Assembly: GCA_038727135.1 (NCBI GenBank)
Contig: JAVYWL010000001.1
Coordinates: 480,001 to 544,000, forward strand
DNA length: 64,000 nucleotides
Source: Candidatus Bathyarchaeia archaeon
GTDB lineage: Archaea; Thermoproteota; Bathyarchaeia; Bathyarchaeales; Bathycorpusculaceae
Direction: 5' to 3'
Shown here: in pieces, positions 20,072 to 31,260 of the stretch
How the letters are laid out: each line of letters starts with the position of its first letter
How positions within the stretch are numbered: the first letter of the stretch is position 1
The notes under the pieces: generated by a model
Database searches by the model: none
Told to the model about the DNA's origin: nothing
Seen by the model: the letters and a program-made list of their open reading frames with translations, nothing else
Position numbers and translations under genes: made by a program

Positions 20072-22897
20072 TTATTCCCATTTCCAGACTTTTCTGCCCA
20101 TGAATATTTCTGGAAAGATTAAGAGACCCCAGCTAGCTACTCCTGCAACATAGGCTAGGTCTGTAAGGCTTAAGCCTGTAAGGTGGAATAGTTGCTGAGT
20201 GATTGGTATGTAGGTTATTCCAAGAGTTAGGGCAACTGACACCAAATCGGCAATGACAAAGAACTTGTTTTCGAAGGCCTTTCTACCCATTCTCCAAACG
20301 CTACGCTTTTCTGAGCGACAGTTCCAAACAACAAACAATTCGAATAAAGCTGCTTGCACAAAGGCTGTAGTGGTGGCCTCCCGGTAAGTAAGCTGTCTTG
20401 CCATCTCATCAACCGTCCCATCAGGGCGAATCCATGGGTGAGAAGGCCAGACGTAATATTCCAGGCAGAACACCAGAATGGTCCCAGTTGCTTGGAGTAT
20501 GAAGGAGGCTATTATGAATGCTCCCATTCCATGAAGTATGCCTTCTTCAGGTTTACGTGGTGGTCTATCCATGACATCAACATCTGGAGGGTCTGTTGCG
20601 AGGGCCACTGCCGGAGCCCCGTCTGTTACAAGGTTTATCCACAGTATCATCGCTGGTAGTAGCGGAAGCGGAAACAGTTCTGGTGAGAATATTCCACCGA
20701 GAATGGCGAATGTGCCTATAACCAGCAACTCATCGAAGTTGCATGATATGAGAAAACGTGCATATTTCCTTATATTGTCGTAGATAACTCTTCCTTGCTC
20801 TACAGCCTTAACTATTGTTGCGAAGTTGTCGTCTGTTAGAACAAGGTCCGACGCTTCCCGTGTAACGTCTGTCCCGCTGATGCCCATCGCGACACCGACA
20901 TCGGCGGCTTTAACAGCTGGCGCATCATTAACGCCATCACCAGTCATTGCCACTATGTGGCCTTTCTTTTTCAAAGCATTGACAATTTTTAGTTTGTGTT
21001 CTGGTGAAACGCGGGCGTAAACGGTTACTTTTTCAACTATTCCTTCAAATTCCTCGTCGCTTAGCTGGTCCATTTCAGCGCCAGTTAAGACCAAGTCGCC
21101 TTCCTTGTATATTCCAACCTCCTTTGCAACAGCAATGGCGGTCAGCTTGTGGTCGCCTGTTATCATAACCGTCTTTATGCCGGCCTTTTGGCATTTCTTG
21201 TTGGCTTCTATGGCTTCCTCTCTTGGAGGGTCTATCATTCCTTGAAGCCCAACAAAAACCATTCCTTTTTCAACTGTTTCAGCTTCATACTTTGTCATGG
21301 TTGGCGGCAAGCGCTTATACGCCATAGCAAGAACCCTTAGGGCGTTTCCAGCCAATTGCTCGTTCACAGCTAGGATCTCTTTTTTCCGTTCTTCCGTAAG
21401 TCTCCTTTCTTTTCCTCCCTCAAATACGTGGGTACATCTTTCCAGAACGACTTCAGGCGCGCCCTTCATGTAGGCGTGAACTTCGCCTTCCGGAGTCTTG
21501 TGGATTGTGGTCATACGTTTCCTTTCAGAAGTGAAGGGTATTTCACCAACGCGTGGATAACTATTTTCTAAAGCCTCTTTGCTAAATCCAGCCTTGGCAG
21601 CCGCTACAACAAGTGCTCCTTCTGTCGGATCGCCGAAGATTTCCCAACTGTTGTTTTGCTCATTTTTTCTTAAGCTGGCATTGTTGCATAGGGCACCTAT
21701 CCTTAAAACAAATTCAAGACTGCTATCAGGCTTTACAGGGTCTCCTTCAATGCGAAACTCACCCTTAGGCTCATAACCAACCCCAGTCACTTCAACAAGT
21801 TTTCCATCAACATAGATTTGGCGAACAGTCATTTCGCCTTTAGTTATCGTCCCAGTTTTGTCAGAGCATATGACCGTCACCGCGCCGAGACTTTCTGCCG
21901 ATGAAAGCCGCCTCACTATGGCGTTGCGCTTCGCAAATTCCCTTGCCCCTAGTGCCAGCGCTATAGTAACAATGGCTGGTAGGCCCTCAGGAACTGCGGA
22001 TATTGCCAATGAGATTGAGGACATAAAAGCTTGAATGAAGCCTTCGGGTTCAAAGTGCATCTTCATTATTACCTCAAATGCTTCCAAAGCAAAAATAAGC
22101 ACACAGACGGCGATTACAACCTTGGCAATTTTGCTGGCGAATCTGTCTAATTTCTTCTGAAGTGGCGTTTCTTCCTCTTCAGCGGTCTGAACCATCTCGG
22201 CAATTTTGCCAAATTCTGTGTTCATTCCTGTGGCGGTTACAACCGCTTTGCCCCTGCCGTAAACAATGTGGGTAGCGGAGAAAACCATGTTTCTTCTTTC
22301 TGAAACGGGAGTATCCTCCTTAAGAACCGCCAACTCTTTCTCGACGGGTGTGGATTCACCGGTTAGAACAGCCTCATTCGCCTTTAACTCAACAACCTCA
22401 ATGAGCCTAGCGTCAGCGGGAACATGGTCGCCTTCCTCAAGTGCCAGAATGTCGCCTGGAACAACTTCGCTGGCTGGAATAATAATTTCCTTTCCATCTC
22501 TAATTACACGGGCTTTAGGAGCTGCCAACTTTTTAAGGGCTTCAACAGCCTTTTCCGCCCTATACTCCTGAACAAAGCCTGTGATGGCACATAAAAGGAC
22601 TATGGCGCCTATCGTTATTGAGTCTGCGTAGGCCTCAAGGAACTCGCGGCCCTCAAGCATTTCGTAGTATCCAACAATAACCGAACATATGGCCGCCGCG
22701 ATCAACAATAAAATGAAGACGTCTTTAAATTCGTCTAAAAACATGTGGAGGGCTGTTCGCCGCTTCACCTTCCTAATCTCGTTTGGCCCATATTTCTTAA
22801 GCCTTTCAAGGGCTTCAGATGAGGATAAACCGTTACGGCTTACCCCTAACTCACTCAAGACTTTGTCAACTTCCATGGCATGCCAAGGCCTTGACAT
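20072..22897 (-). CDS. P-type ATPase, type II (Ca2+-like)
   Basis: LTGES, VPEGLP, DKTGT, KGAPE, TGDGVND and WINLVTD motifs. Confidence 0.95.
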   Translation of the reverse strand: MSRPWHAMEVDKVLSELGVSRNGLSSSEALERLKKYGPNEIRKVKRRTALHMFLDEFKDVFILLLIAAAICSVIVGYYEMLEGREFLEAYADSITIGAIVLLCAITGFVQEYRAEKAVEALKKLAAPKARVIRDGKEIIIPASEVVPGDILALEEGDHVPADARLIEVVELKANEAVLTGESTPVEKELAVLKEDTPVSERRNMVFSATHIVYGRGKAVVTATGMNTEFGKIAEMVQTAEEEETPLQKKLDRFASKIAKVVIAVCVLIFALEAFEVIMKMHFEPEGFIQAFMSSISLAISAVPEGLPAIVTIALALGAREFAKRNAIVRRLSSAESLGAVTVICSDKTGTITKGEMTVRQIYVDGKLVEVTGVGYEPKGEFRIEGDPVKPDSSLEFVLRIGALCNNASLRKNEQNNSWEIFGDPTEGALVVAAAKAGFSKEALENSYPRVGEIPFTSERKRMTTIHKTPEGEVHAYMKGAPEVVLERCTHVFEGGKERRLTEERKKEILAVNEQLAGNALRVLAMAYKRLPPTMTKYEAETVEKGMVFVGLQGMIDPPREEAIEANKKCQKAGIKTVMITGDHKLTAIAVAKEVGIYKEGDLVLTGAEMDQLSDEEFEGIVEKVTVYARVSPEHKLKIVNALKKKGHIVAMTGDGVNDAPAVKAADVGVAMGISGTDVTREASDLVLTDDNFATIVKAVEQGRVIYDNIRKYARFLISCNFDELLVIGTFAILGGIFSPELFPLPLLPAMILWINLVTDGAPAVALATDPPDVDVMDRPPRKPEEGILHGMGAFIIASFILQATGTILVFCLEYYVWPSHPWIRPDGTVDEMARQLTYREATTTAFVQAALFELFVVWNCRSEKRSVWRMGRKAFENKFFVIADLVSVALTLGITYIPITQQLFHLTGLSLTDLAYVAGVASWGLLIFPEIFMGRKVWKWE

Positions 22898-23008
22898 CTA
22901 AGCGCCTCTTCCAAATTTCAATGGTTAAAAGACTCATACAGCAACTTATTTATAAAATTCGCTATCCACAAGCCTTTTTAATGCATGTTTCAGAGAAAGG
23001 GAGGAAGC

Positions 23009-25069
23009 TTAAGCGATTAGCAGGAGAATCAGTGGAGCGAAGACTTCGGCTACCAGCGACATAACTGTAATCATTGTGTTTAGTGACGGCCCAGCCGTGT
23101 CCTTAAAGGGGTCTCCAACGGTATCGCCGGTCACAGCAGCCTTGTGAGCCTCTGAGCCTTTTCCGCCGTGTGCCCCAGCCTCTATATATTTTTTCGCGTT
23201 GTCCCAAAGCCCGCCGGCATTCGCCATAAACAAGGCGAAGATTATGCCAGTAACAATGCTTCCAGCCAAAAAGCCCGCTAAAGCCTCTTTTCCAAGCGCT
23301 ATCAGTGTTATGATGGGGACTATTATGGCTAGTAGGCATGGCAGCATTAGCTCTTTTATGGCTCCCTTTGTGGCAATATCCACACATTTAGCATAATCTG
23401 GCTTGGCTTTGCCTTCCATAAGCCCAGGAATCTCCCTAAACTGGCGCCTAACCTCCTCAACCATACGTTCGGCATTTCGCCCCACAGCCAAAATCAGCAA
23501 TGCTGAAAGCAGCGGAGGCATCATACCGCCCAAGAAAATCCCGGCAACAACTTCAGGCTTCATTAGGTCTAACGAGGTTATGTCAACCAGATGAGCATAA
23601 GCCCCAAACAGCGCAAGCACAGTCAGTGCAGCGGCACCAATGGCAAACCCTTTTGTTATGGCCTTTGTGGTATTACCCGCGGCGTCCAACCTATCAGCAA
23701 TTTCAATAACCTCTTCGCCTAATCCAGACTGTTCGGCTATGCCCTTCGCGTTGTCGGAAACCGGTCCATAAGCATCCGCAGATATTGTCATCCCAACAGT
23801 GGCAAGCATCCCAACGGCTGATATGGCAATTCCATAGAAGGATGGAACATTAAACGCGGCTGCAAGATACCAAGCAGCCAAAGTGGCAACGCAAATACCG
23901 AGTATTGGTGGAACAATGCTAATCACCCCGTAAGAGAAGCCAGTAAGGATGTTGATAGCAGCCCCCGTTGTGGAGGCTTGAGCCACCTTTTGCGCCGGTC
24001 CCCTATCAATAGACGTGAAGTAGTCAGAGGTTATTCCAATAACAACCCCCGCAGCCAGCCCTGCAACCGTGGGCAAGAAAACTCCAAGCCATCGGTCACC
24101 TAGACCAGAAAAGTATGTGACCAAGAATAGAAAAACCGCAAAGATAATCCATGTTGCAAACGAGCCGCGGTTAAGAGCCGCCCCAGGATTGCTCTTTATG
24201 CTAAGTTTAACAACAAAGGCGCCAATTATTGAGGCGAAAAGCCCAACAGCAGCTATTATGAGCGGCAAAGCCACTAACACGCCTAAATTGGAATCGAGGA
24301 GCGCGATCTCTGCGCCAATTATCATGGCAGCTACAATGCTGGCGATGTACGAGTCTATTAGGTCGGCGCCCATTCCAGCGACGTCGCCCACATTGTCTCC
24401 AACATTGTCAGCTATGACCGCTGGGTTCCGTGGGTCGTCTTCAGGAATTCCAAGCTCAACCTTCCCTACAAGATCTGCACTGATATCAGCTGTTTTTGTG
24501 TATATGCCCCCACCAGCCTTAGCAAAAAGTGCCAATGCGCTGGCTCCAAAGCTGAAACCAAGAACCACATTTGCGGCGTCCTCAGCCTTCCAGCCTAAAA
24601 CTACATTGTAAATGTAGAAAAGCAAACTGATGCCCAGCAAGGCCAAACCTACAACAAACAATCCCATAACTGCCCCGCCATAGAAAGCCACTGGAAACGC
24701 CCTCTTCAATCCCTGTTTGGCGGCGTTTGCCGTTCGAACATTAGCCTCAACAGCAGCCATCATACCAATATAAGCCGCAACGGTGGTGCAAACCGAACCA
24801 AAAATATAAGCCAAAGCAATGCTTCCACCATAGGCAAAACCTCCGCGAATAGCGTAAAGCACACCAAGAGTCGCTGCCATTATGACAACAAAGATGGCCA
24901 ATGTCATATTCTGCCTTCTAAGGTAGGCTTTTGCACCCTCCTTTATGGCGTTGGCGATTTCTCTCATCCTCTCAGTGCCGCTGTCTTGTTTTGTAACATA
25001 TTTGTATAGGTAGATGGCCAAACCAACAGCAGCCAAGCCAGCTATAGGCGTAATATAGAACCACTCCAT
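23009..25069 (-). CDS. hppA: Membrane-bound ion-translocating pyrophosphatase (K+-independent signature)
   Basis: [34 protein letters not shown] and [14 protein letters not shown] motifs. Confidence 0.96.
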   Translation of the reverse strand: MEWFYITPIAGLAAVGLAIYLYKYVTKQDSGTERMREIANAIKEGAKAYLRRQNMTLAIFVVIMAATLGVLYAIRGGFAYGGSIALAYIFGSVCTTVAAYIGMMAAVEANVRTANAAKQGLKRAFPVAFYGGAVMGLFVVGLALLGISLLFYIYNVVLGWKAEDAANVVLGFSFGASALALFAKAGGGIYTKTADISADLVGKVELGIPEDDPRNPAVIADNVGDNVGDVAGMGADLIDSYIASIVAAMIIGAEIALLDSNLGVLVALPLIIAAVGLFASIIGAFVVKLSIKSNPGAALNRGSFATWIIFAVFLFLVTYFSGLGDRWLGVFLPTVAGLAAGVVIGITSDYFTSIDRGPAQKVAQASTTGAAINILTGFSYGVISIVPPILGICVATLAAWYLAAAFNVPSFYGIAISAVGMLATVGMTISADAYGPVSDNAKGIAEQSGLGEEVIEIADRLDAAGNTTKAITKGFAIGAAALTVLALFGAYAHLVDITSLDLMKPEVVAGIFLGGMMPPLLSALLILAVGRNAERMVEEVRRQFREIPGLMEGKAKPDYAKCVDIATKGAIKELMLPCLLAIIVPIITLIALGKEALAGFLAGSIVTGIIFALFMANAGGLWDNAKKYIEAGAHGGKGSEAHKAAVTGDTVGDPFKDTAGPSLNTMITVMSLVAEVFAPLILLLIA

Positions 25070-25215
25070 ATACTAAACCACCATCAGCTACCCGCCTTTA
25101 CAAACCGTTTGAGATAAAACCACAAGCTTATAAATCTACTGTGAGCAAAAGCCAAAAAGGCTTTTCTACCCAAAGAAGTTTATTTGCAAAGCAAGCACTG
25201 TTTACAGCGGAGGGT

Positions 25216-26369
25216 ATGCCTTTGAGTTCAGAAGAAGTTAACCTACTATCAAAACTCGTGTCCATAGACACCACATCCACGGAACGAAAAAATTATGAAA
25301 CGTTTGCAGACTTACTTATGGAAGAGACACAAAAACGCGGTTTAACGGCTGAAAAAGTAGTTGATAAGAAGGGAATTCCACACATCATCGTAACGATCCC
25401 CACAGCCCCTAAAAAAGCGAAAAAAGTCGTTTTCATAACCCATTACGATGTCGTCCCAGCTGGCGAAGGTTGGGACTTCGACCCATTTAAACCATTTGTA
25501 AAAGACGGCAGGCTTTATGGGAGAGGGGCTGCTGACAACAAATCAAATATTGTAGCCGCAGTCACAGCTTTCCATGAAACTTTAAAAGAAAAGCTACCGT
25601 TGAAAGTCTATCCGATTTTAGCTGTGGCAGGCGGAGAAGAAACAGGCGAGTCAGAGGACTTCTTTGAAACATTAGAGGGAGACCTAGCTGTGGTACTTGA
25701 TGTGGGTTGTGAATCCATTTCTATCGGTTCCTCCGGACTGGCGCGTTTAACAGTTAAAGTATTAGGCAGACAGGCGCATTCCGCATGCCCCTATAAAGGG
25801 ATAAACGCCATATATGAAACGGTAAAAGTGATAGAGTTCGTAAAGAGAAAGGCTAAAGAGTTTGAGGAAAATATTCTTTCAAAGTTTCCAGCTTCAACAT
25901 ACTACAAGAGACTACCAAGAAGAATGAGCGTTACAATGATAAATGGTGGCGTTGCAGCCAACATAATTCCCGGTGAGTGTACACTAACTATTGACGTAAG
26001 AACAATTCCGGAAGAAAAAGCGTAAAAGCAGCTGAAGAAGTTAAAGCCATGCTAGAAAATTTTGCAAAAAGGGAAGGAATAAACATTGACGTTCAAGTTC
26101 AATCTTTTTCAGATGGGTGGTACACCACCAACAAAAAGGTCGTAAACACCATTAAAAAAATAGCTGAAAGCGTCGTTGGAGAAAAATTAAAGCTAAGCGT
26201 CGAGTTAGGCGGAACAGATGGAAGATATCTTATTGAAAGAATGCCTGTGGTTCAATTCGGCACATTAAGGGAAGATACAAACATCCATGGCAAAAACGAG
26301 TTTGTATACCTTGCAGACTTAGATGTCGTGAAAAGGTTCATTAAAAAAGTGTTAACAGTTCAGCTTTAA
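25216..26369 (+). pseudogene. M20/ArgE-DapE family metallohydrolase split by a single-base deletion near 26021
   Basis: HYDVVP, GRGAADNK and GEE in the first ORF; GGTDGR and NIHGKNE in the second. Frames join if one base is added at gaaaaagcgtaaaagca. Confidence 0.8.
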
Positions 26370-26380
26370 AGAAACGGAAT

Positions 26381-26420
26381 TCAAAATGGTTGCATAACAG
26401 TAGATGCAACAACATTTTGA
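26381..26420. repeat. Inverted repeat/hairpin between the convergent M20 gene and tRNA
   Basis: TCAAAATG-GTTGCAT (8-nt loop) ATGCAAC-aa-CATTTTGA: 15 bp with a 2-nt bulge. Confidence 0.6.
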
Positions 26421-26507
26421 CAGTTTGCGCAAATGCAGTGGAGCATACCTATTTCAGTATACCCCCAATAGAGAGAAGCCAAGCTCAAGTATTTTTAACC
26501 GGTAAAT

Positions 26508-26631
26508 TGGCGCCGGGGAGGGGATTCGAACCCCTGCGAGCCCGAAGGCCCACTGGCTCCCTTGTCAAAGCCCCATTCTGAACGGCGGGCAGATCTCGAG
26601 GCCAGCGCGTTAACCACTCCGCCACCCCGGC
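26508..26631 (-). tRNA. tRNA-Ser(CGA) with 36-nt intron at 37/38 (26559-26594); CCA encoded
   Basis: GCCGGGG/CCCCGGC acceptor stem, G discriminator, CTGGC/GCCAG anticodon stem, long variable arm GGGCCTTCGGGCTC, T-loop GGTTCGAATCC. Confidence 0.95.
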
Positions 26632-26666
26632 CCTCACAAGTTAAAAGGAATTAGGTTCTTAAAGGG

Positions 26667-27470
26667 TTATGCCTTCATAAGCGATGGGAAAAGCCACCTC
26701 TTACCTTTAGCTTTCTTCTTTTCATCCCATTCGTTTAAAATTTTCACCGCTTCGTTGGCCACTTTTATGGCGTTTTCCTCGCCCTCTCCTGGTTTAAAAT
26801 CGCCAGTGCACCTATTAGCGTAGATTGCGCAGACCGCCCCAGCCCTTAAACCATAGAGGTTTGCAAGCGTATAGAGCGTCGCGGTTTCCATCTCAAAATT
26901 GAGCACACCGGCCTCTCGCAAGACTTGAAGAATGTTGGCTGTTTTAGTTTTGGTTGGGCGGTTCTGGCCGGCATAAAAGTCTGATGTTGTGGCTGTTACG
27001 CCTACATGGTAATTGTTTATGCCGAGGCTTTCAGCCGCCTCAATCAAAGCCAACAAAACCTCGTAGCTGGCTGTAGCTGGATATTCCGGCATAATGTAGC
27101 AGATGCTCGTCCCATCAAGGCGAACAGCAGCCGACGAAATAACAAGGTCCCCGCATTCTATGTCCCTTTGAATTGCTCCTGAACTTCCCACACGTATAAA
27201 GGTATGGACGCCTATGGCCGACGCCTCATTAACAACTATCGCCATGCACGCCGGACCAATACCACTTGAAATTGCCGATATTAGGACACCTTTGTAGGTG
27301 CCTGTGAAGCTTCGGAACTCCCGATGGCAAGAGACTTCTCTGGCTGAATCCCAGAATTTTGCAATTTTTGGAACACGGTCAGGGTCGCCTGGAACCAGCA
27401 GATATTCCGCCAAGTCGCCCTTTCCGCATGCTATATGGTACTGTTTACCGCTTTCCAATGTATGATGCAA
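26667..27470 (-). CDS. udp: Uridine/nucleoside phosphorylase
   Basis: YHI, PGDPDRV, HREF, IRVGSSG, DFYAGQ and NFEME motifs. Confidence 0.9.
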   Translation of the reverse strand: MHHTLESGKQYHIACGKGDLAEYLLVPGDPDRVPKIAKFWDSAREVSCHREFRSFTGTYKGVLISAISSGIGPACMAIVVNEASAIGVHTFIRVGSSGAIQRDIECGDLVISSAAVRLDGTSICYIMPEYPATASYEVLLALIEAAESLGINNYHVGVTATTSDFYAGQNRPTKTKTANILQVLREAGVLNFEMETATLYTLANLYGLRAGAVCAIYANRCTGDFKPGEGEENAIKVANEAVKILNEWDEKKKAKGKRWLFPSLMKA

Positions 27471-27480
27471 ACTTTCACCC

Positions 27481-28470
27481 TCAGGTCGGCAGTTTCTTCG
27501 GCATAGCTAAGTCCGCAATGTCGACACTGTGCTCATATATTTGGTGTAGGGTTGAAACCGCGGCTAGGAGATGGGGCATCACTTCAAGGCTTTGCCCTTT
27601 AGCACTTTTCTCGATGGCTGCTAAGGCTTTTTCCACCTTCTCCCTCATGGTTCGCACATCTTCTGCCAAGCCAGTATCGCCGGTAAAGAAAGCTTTTAGG
27701 GCGTTTTCGTGAGCCTCAAAGCAGAGGGAATGAAACTCAACAATAAGCTTCTTCAAATCCTCATTTAACTTAGCCCCTTTTAGTTCTGACACTTTAAGGG
27801 CTGTGCGTACGCATTCGTCCCCGATAGTTTCTACAAGGCTCGCGGCTAAACGGTAGTCAAGGCATTCTATTGGTTGCACCCCAAGCTTTTCACTAAGGCT
27901 CGGATTTTGAATAATGGTTCGGAGAATCCTTACGAGGAGAAAGTAAAGCCTATTGACCTCCTCGTCGCGGGCGATTACACTTTTTGCCATGTGCACATCA
28001 CCGTCAACAAGGGCGTTTACGACATCCCGATGCATACCCGCAACTATCGAGTAGCCCCTCCGAAGAATCTTCTCAGGTGGGAAACTGGAAGGCTCAAGTA
28101 AGCACTGTAAAACAATCTTTGAATAGTCTTCTTCAATTATCTCGAGGCCCACTAGGCGGCTAGCCGCTTTCTTAACATTTTCCCGAACCTCAATGCTTAT
28201 TGCCTCTTTCCCTTCCACACGGATGATGTCATACCCGAGCAAATACTTTCCAACGACTTCACGGCTTAAATATGGTCCAGGCTTTAAAACAATAGTGCGG
28301 GGGGAGGGGGCCGCCCCATATTCCGGATCTATAAGAAGTTTACCGTCGCTGGTCTCATTTACCGCTACAACAGATCCACGTTTAAGTCCATAACGTTCAG
28401 CCCAATCTTTTGGTATGCAAACGAAGAAGGTGCCGCTTGGTGTTCTCTGAATCTTACGGATCGTTCCCAA
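27481..28470 (-). CDS. Phosphate-uptake regulator (AbrB-like N-terminus plus two PhoU domains)
   Basis: RKIQ..GTFFVCIPKDWA N-terminus; RDEEVNRLYFL and ETIGD PhoU repeats. Confidence 0.9.
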   Translation of the reverse strand: MGTIRKIQRTPSGTFFVCIPKDWAERYGLKRGSVVAVNETSDGKLLIDPEYGAAPSPRTIVLKPGPYLSREVVGKYLLGYDIIRVEGKEAISIEVRENVKKAASRLVGLEIIEEDYSKIVLQCLLEPSSFPPEKILRRGYSIVAGMHRDVVNALVDGDVHMAKSVIARDEEVNRLYFLLVRILRTIIQNPSLSEKLGVQPIECLDYRLAASLVETIGDECVRTALKVSELKGAKLNEDLKKLIVEFHSLCFEAHENALKAFFTGDTGLAEDVRTMREKVEKALAAIEKSAKGQSLEVMPHLLAAVSTLHQIYEHSVDIADLAMPKKLPT

Positions 28471-28556
28471 TTCATATCACACCATAACGGTGTATGGATT
28501 AAACAGCGAGTATTAACAAATTTAAACAAAGCTTCAATATATAAACTTAAGCGTAA

Positions 28557-29153
28557 GTGTTGAAATTGGAAAACAAAGTTATAATTGGTATAGACTTGGC
28601 GGGTAAAGAGGAAAACCCTACGGGTTTAGCGGTCTGGCGAAACAAAAGCGTGGAAACATGCCTAATTTACACGGATAAGGAAATTTTGGAAAATGTTGCA
28701 CGTACAAACCCAAAAATTGTGGCAATAGATGCGCCACTGAAACCCCCGAAAAGTGGGATTTTTAGAAAAGCAGACAAGGAGCTAATCAAAAAAGGTTACC
28801 GCGTTTTTCCACCAGGCCTGCCAGCTATGAAAACGTTAACCCTTCGGGCAATTAGGCTAAATAGGTTAATAATAGAGATGGGTGTACAAACAATAGAAGT
28901 GCACCCAACCTCGACAAGAAAGGCTCTAGGCATGCCAGCAAAAGACTGGAAAACAATACAAAACATTCTAAACCGTATCGGCCTAGCTGGGTCTATAAGC
29001 CAGCGTATATTGGCGCCGCACGAGATAGACGCTGTAACAGCAGCCCTAACGGGTTACTTTTACGTGAAAGGCTTAACAGAAAGCGTGGGCGACCGTGAGG
29101 AAGGCTTCATCGTGGTTCCAATAAAGCGAGATTGGAGAGAAATAAGGCTATGA
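28557..29153 (+). CDS. DUF429 family protein (predicted RNase H-fold nuclease)
   Basis: IGIDLA, VAIDAPL, IEVHP and HEIDA motifs. Confidence 0.85.
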   Translation: MLKLENKVIIGIDLAGKEENPTGLAVWRNKSVETCLIYTDKEILENVARTNPKIVAIDAPLKPPKSGIFRKADKELIKKGYRVFPPGLPAMKTLTLRAIRLNRLIIEMGVQTIEVHPTSTRKALGMPAKDWKTIQNILNRIGLAGSISQRILAPHEIDAVTAALTGYFYVKGLTESVGDREEGFIVVPIKRDWREIRL

Positions 29154-30730
29154 GCTTTCCGGAGAAGCTTCAAAAGGCTGTCGAGCTTACTATAGCAGCG
29201 GGTTACCAGCTTAATAAAGAGGCCTTTGAGTTCTTAAATGAGGCATCTGCAACTGAAGACCCCGTAGAAATTATGAGCAAGGCACTGGCCAAAATAGAAA
29301 CATTAAAGGATAAACCCCTTTTCATTGAAAGAAGCCTTTTAGAAGAGCTTGTAAAAAAGCCTGAACGCGTTGAAACCCCTTCTTTAGCACCGCAGACAAA
29401 GGAGGAGTCTCTACACGCAATCCTTCAAGAAACACACGTGCAGTCGCAATTAGTCCTTGAGGGGAGGAGACTTTTCCGTCCATACGCCAAAGAGGTAGAA
29501 GCTGAAATTAAGATTATTGAGGACGCTGGCAGTAAACTAAGCTCAAGCGGAACATTAGAAGATTATCTTGAATATTTCCGAGATAGGTTTAACCGAATCG
29601 AAAAACTGCTAAAGCAAAGGATAGACGTAAGAGGCGCGGTTTCAATTGCCGACGCGGTAAGAGCCTCACCTAACACAAAACTCAAAGTAATTGGCATGAT
29701 AACAGAGAAAAGGGAAGCCAAACAAAAAATTCTTTTAACGTTAGAAGATCTCAGCGCAAGCGCCACTGTTCTGGTGCCACAAAACGCTCCTCCCGACCTT
29801 TTGACCAAAGCAAGGGCACTCTTGTTGGACCAAGTTATTTGTGTTAGCGTAACTAAGACACGAGGAAACTTGTTAATAGTTGAAGACATCATCCTCCCAG
29901 ATATCGCCCCTAAAAATCCGAATAGGGCTGATGTCCCTGTTTACGCCGTGCTCACTTCAGATTTGCATGTGGGCAGTGCAAAATTCCAAGATCACCTTTT
30001 TAACAGGTTTGTTTTGTGGCTAAAAGGGGAATATGGAAATGGGCAAATGCGGGAAATGGCTAGCCATGTAAAATATGTTTTGATAGCCGGCGACATCGTT
30101 GACGGTATAGGCGTGTACCCAAATCAAGTTAAGGAACTTGCAATAAGAGACATTTATGGGCAATACAGGTTGGCCTCAAAGCTCATTAAGCAAATTCCGG
30201 ATTACATTGAAATCACAATTATTCCGGGAAACCATGACGCCCCAAGAAAGGCCTTACCTCAACCGTCAATACCCGACGCCTTTTTAGAGAAGCTTCATGA
30301 TGTAAGCAACATCCACCTTGTTGGAAACCCATGCCTTCTTAGCCTCCACGGTGTTGAGGTTCTCATGTACCATGGTCGAAGCCTCGACGACATAATCTCC
30401 ACAGTCCCGGGAATAAGTTACACTCAGCCAGAAAAAGCCATGACCCTACTTTTGCAGTGTCGCCACCTGGCACCAGTTTATGGAGGAAAAACCCCCATCG
30501 CGCCTGAAAGCAAAGATCGCCTCGTCATAGAACGGGTACCCGATATTTTCCATGCCGGGCACATTCACACGGTCGGCCATACAAATTACAGAGGTGTCAC
30601 CGTCATTAACTCTGGGTGCTGGCAGGAGCAGACCGAATACATGCGAAGGCAAGGGTTAACCCCAATGCCGGGCCTAGCGCCAGTGGTAAACCTTCAAACA
30701 TTGGATGTAAAAATTATTTCATTTGTCTAA
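29150..30730 (+). CDS. polD1: DNA polymerase D small (exonuclease) subunit DP1
   Basis: OB fold plus phosphoesterase motifs SDLHVGS, GDIVDGIGVYPNQ, PGNHD, YHGRS, RHLAP and GHIH; ATGA overlap with the upstream gene. Confidence 0.96.
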   Translation: MSFPEKLQKAVELTIAAGYQLNKEAFEFLNEASATEDPVEIMSKALAKIETLKDKPLFIERSLLEELVKKPERVETPSLAPQTKEESLHAILQETHVQSQLVLEGRRLFRPYAKEVEAEIKIIEDAGSKLSSSGTLEDYLEYFRDRFNRIEKLLKQRIDVRGAVSIADAVRASPNTKLKVIGMITEKREAKQKILLTLEDLSASATVLVPQNAPPDLLTKARALLLDQVICVSVTKTRGNLLIVEDIILPDIAPKNPNRADVPVYAVLTSDLHVGSAKFQDHLFNRFVLWLKGEYGNGQMREMASHVKYVLIAGDIVDGIGVYPNQVKELAIRDIYGQYRLASKLIKQIPDYIEITIIPGNHDAPRKALPQPSIPDAFLEKLHDVSNIHLVGNPCLLSLHGVEVLMYHGRSLDDIISTVPGISYTQPEKAMTLLLQCRHLAPVYGGKTPIAPESKDRLVIERVPDIFHAGHIHTVGHTNYRGVTVINSGCWQEQTEYMRRQGLTPMPGLAPVVNLQTLDVKIISFV

Positions 30731-31260
30731 GACAAGCCACGAGCAATTAGTCTAGCAACGCGAAGCGGTTCCGGCACACGGCCACAAACAATAAAACTTG
30801 TTATAAACTGGCTGGCCCACTCCGCATTTGCCCCAACAACCTCAAAATATAATGGAGCCTCTTTATCAAACACCTTAACTTTATGAATTGGCCCCAATTT
30901 TGCAAAAACTTCCCAGTGTCTTTTCCAGTCTTCGAAATGTCGCATAAGTGCCCTTTTAACAGCCCTATTATCAGGCTTTGCCCTTGCCACAATGACTATT
31001 GGTCTATGAAAGGCGCCAGAAAGAGCCAAAGGGTCTATAACGTTGAAGCCGGCAAAGGACACCCCAGCAAGCATGACCGCCTCAAAATCCCAACACTTCA
31101 AGATTTCTGCAGCTTTTTCTGTCGCATCTAATCCATCAACAGTTATCCACTTGAAAGCTACATCCTCAATCCTTAACCCCTTAAAAAGGACAGCGACCAA
31201 AAGAGCCTTTTTATCAACGCCTTTTACAAAGCTTCCATCTTCAATTCCTACTACTCGCAT
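30727..31260 (-). CDS. DUF99 family (endonuclease V-like) protein
   Basis: VVGIEDG, ITVDGLDAT, AGFNVID and PEPLRVARLIA motifs. Confidence 0.88.
   Translation of the reverse strand: MRVVGIEDGSFVKGVDKKALLVAVLFKGLRIEDVAFKWITVDGLDATEKAAEILKCWDFEAVMLAGVSFAGFNVIDPLALSGAFHRPIVIVARAKPDNRAVKRALMRHFEDWKRHWEVFAKLGPIHKVKVFDKEAPLYFEVVGANAEWASQFITSFIVCGRVPEPLRVARLIARGLS

Noticed and set aside
26390-26581. 63-aa ORF
   Set aside because: Antisense to the tRNA gene and spans the hairpin; spurious.
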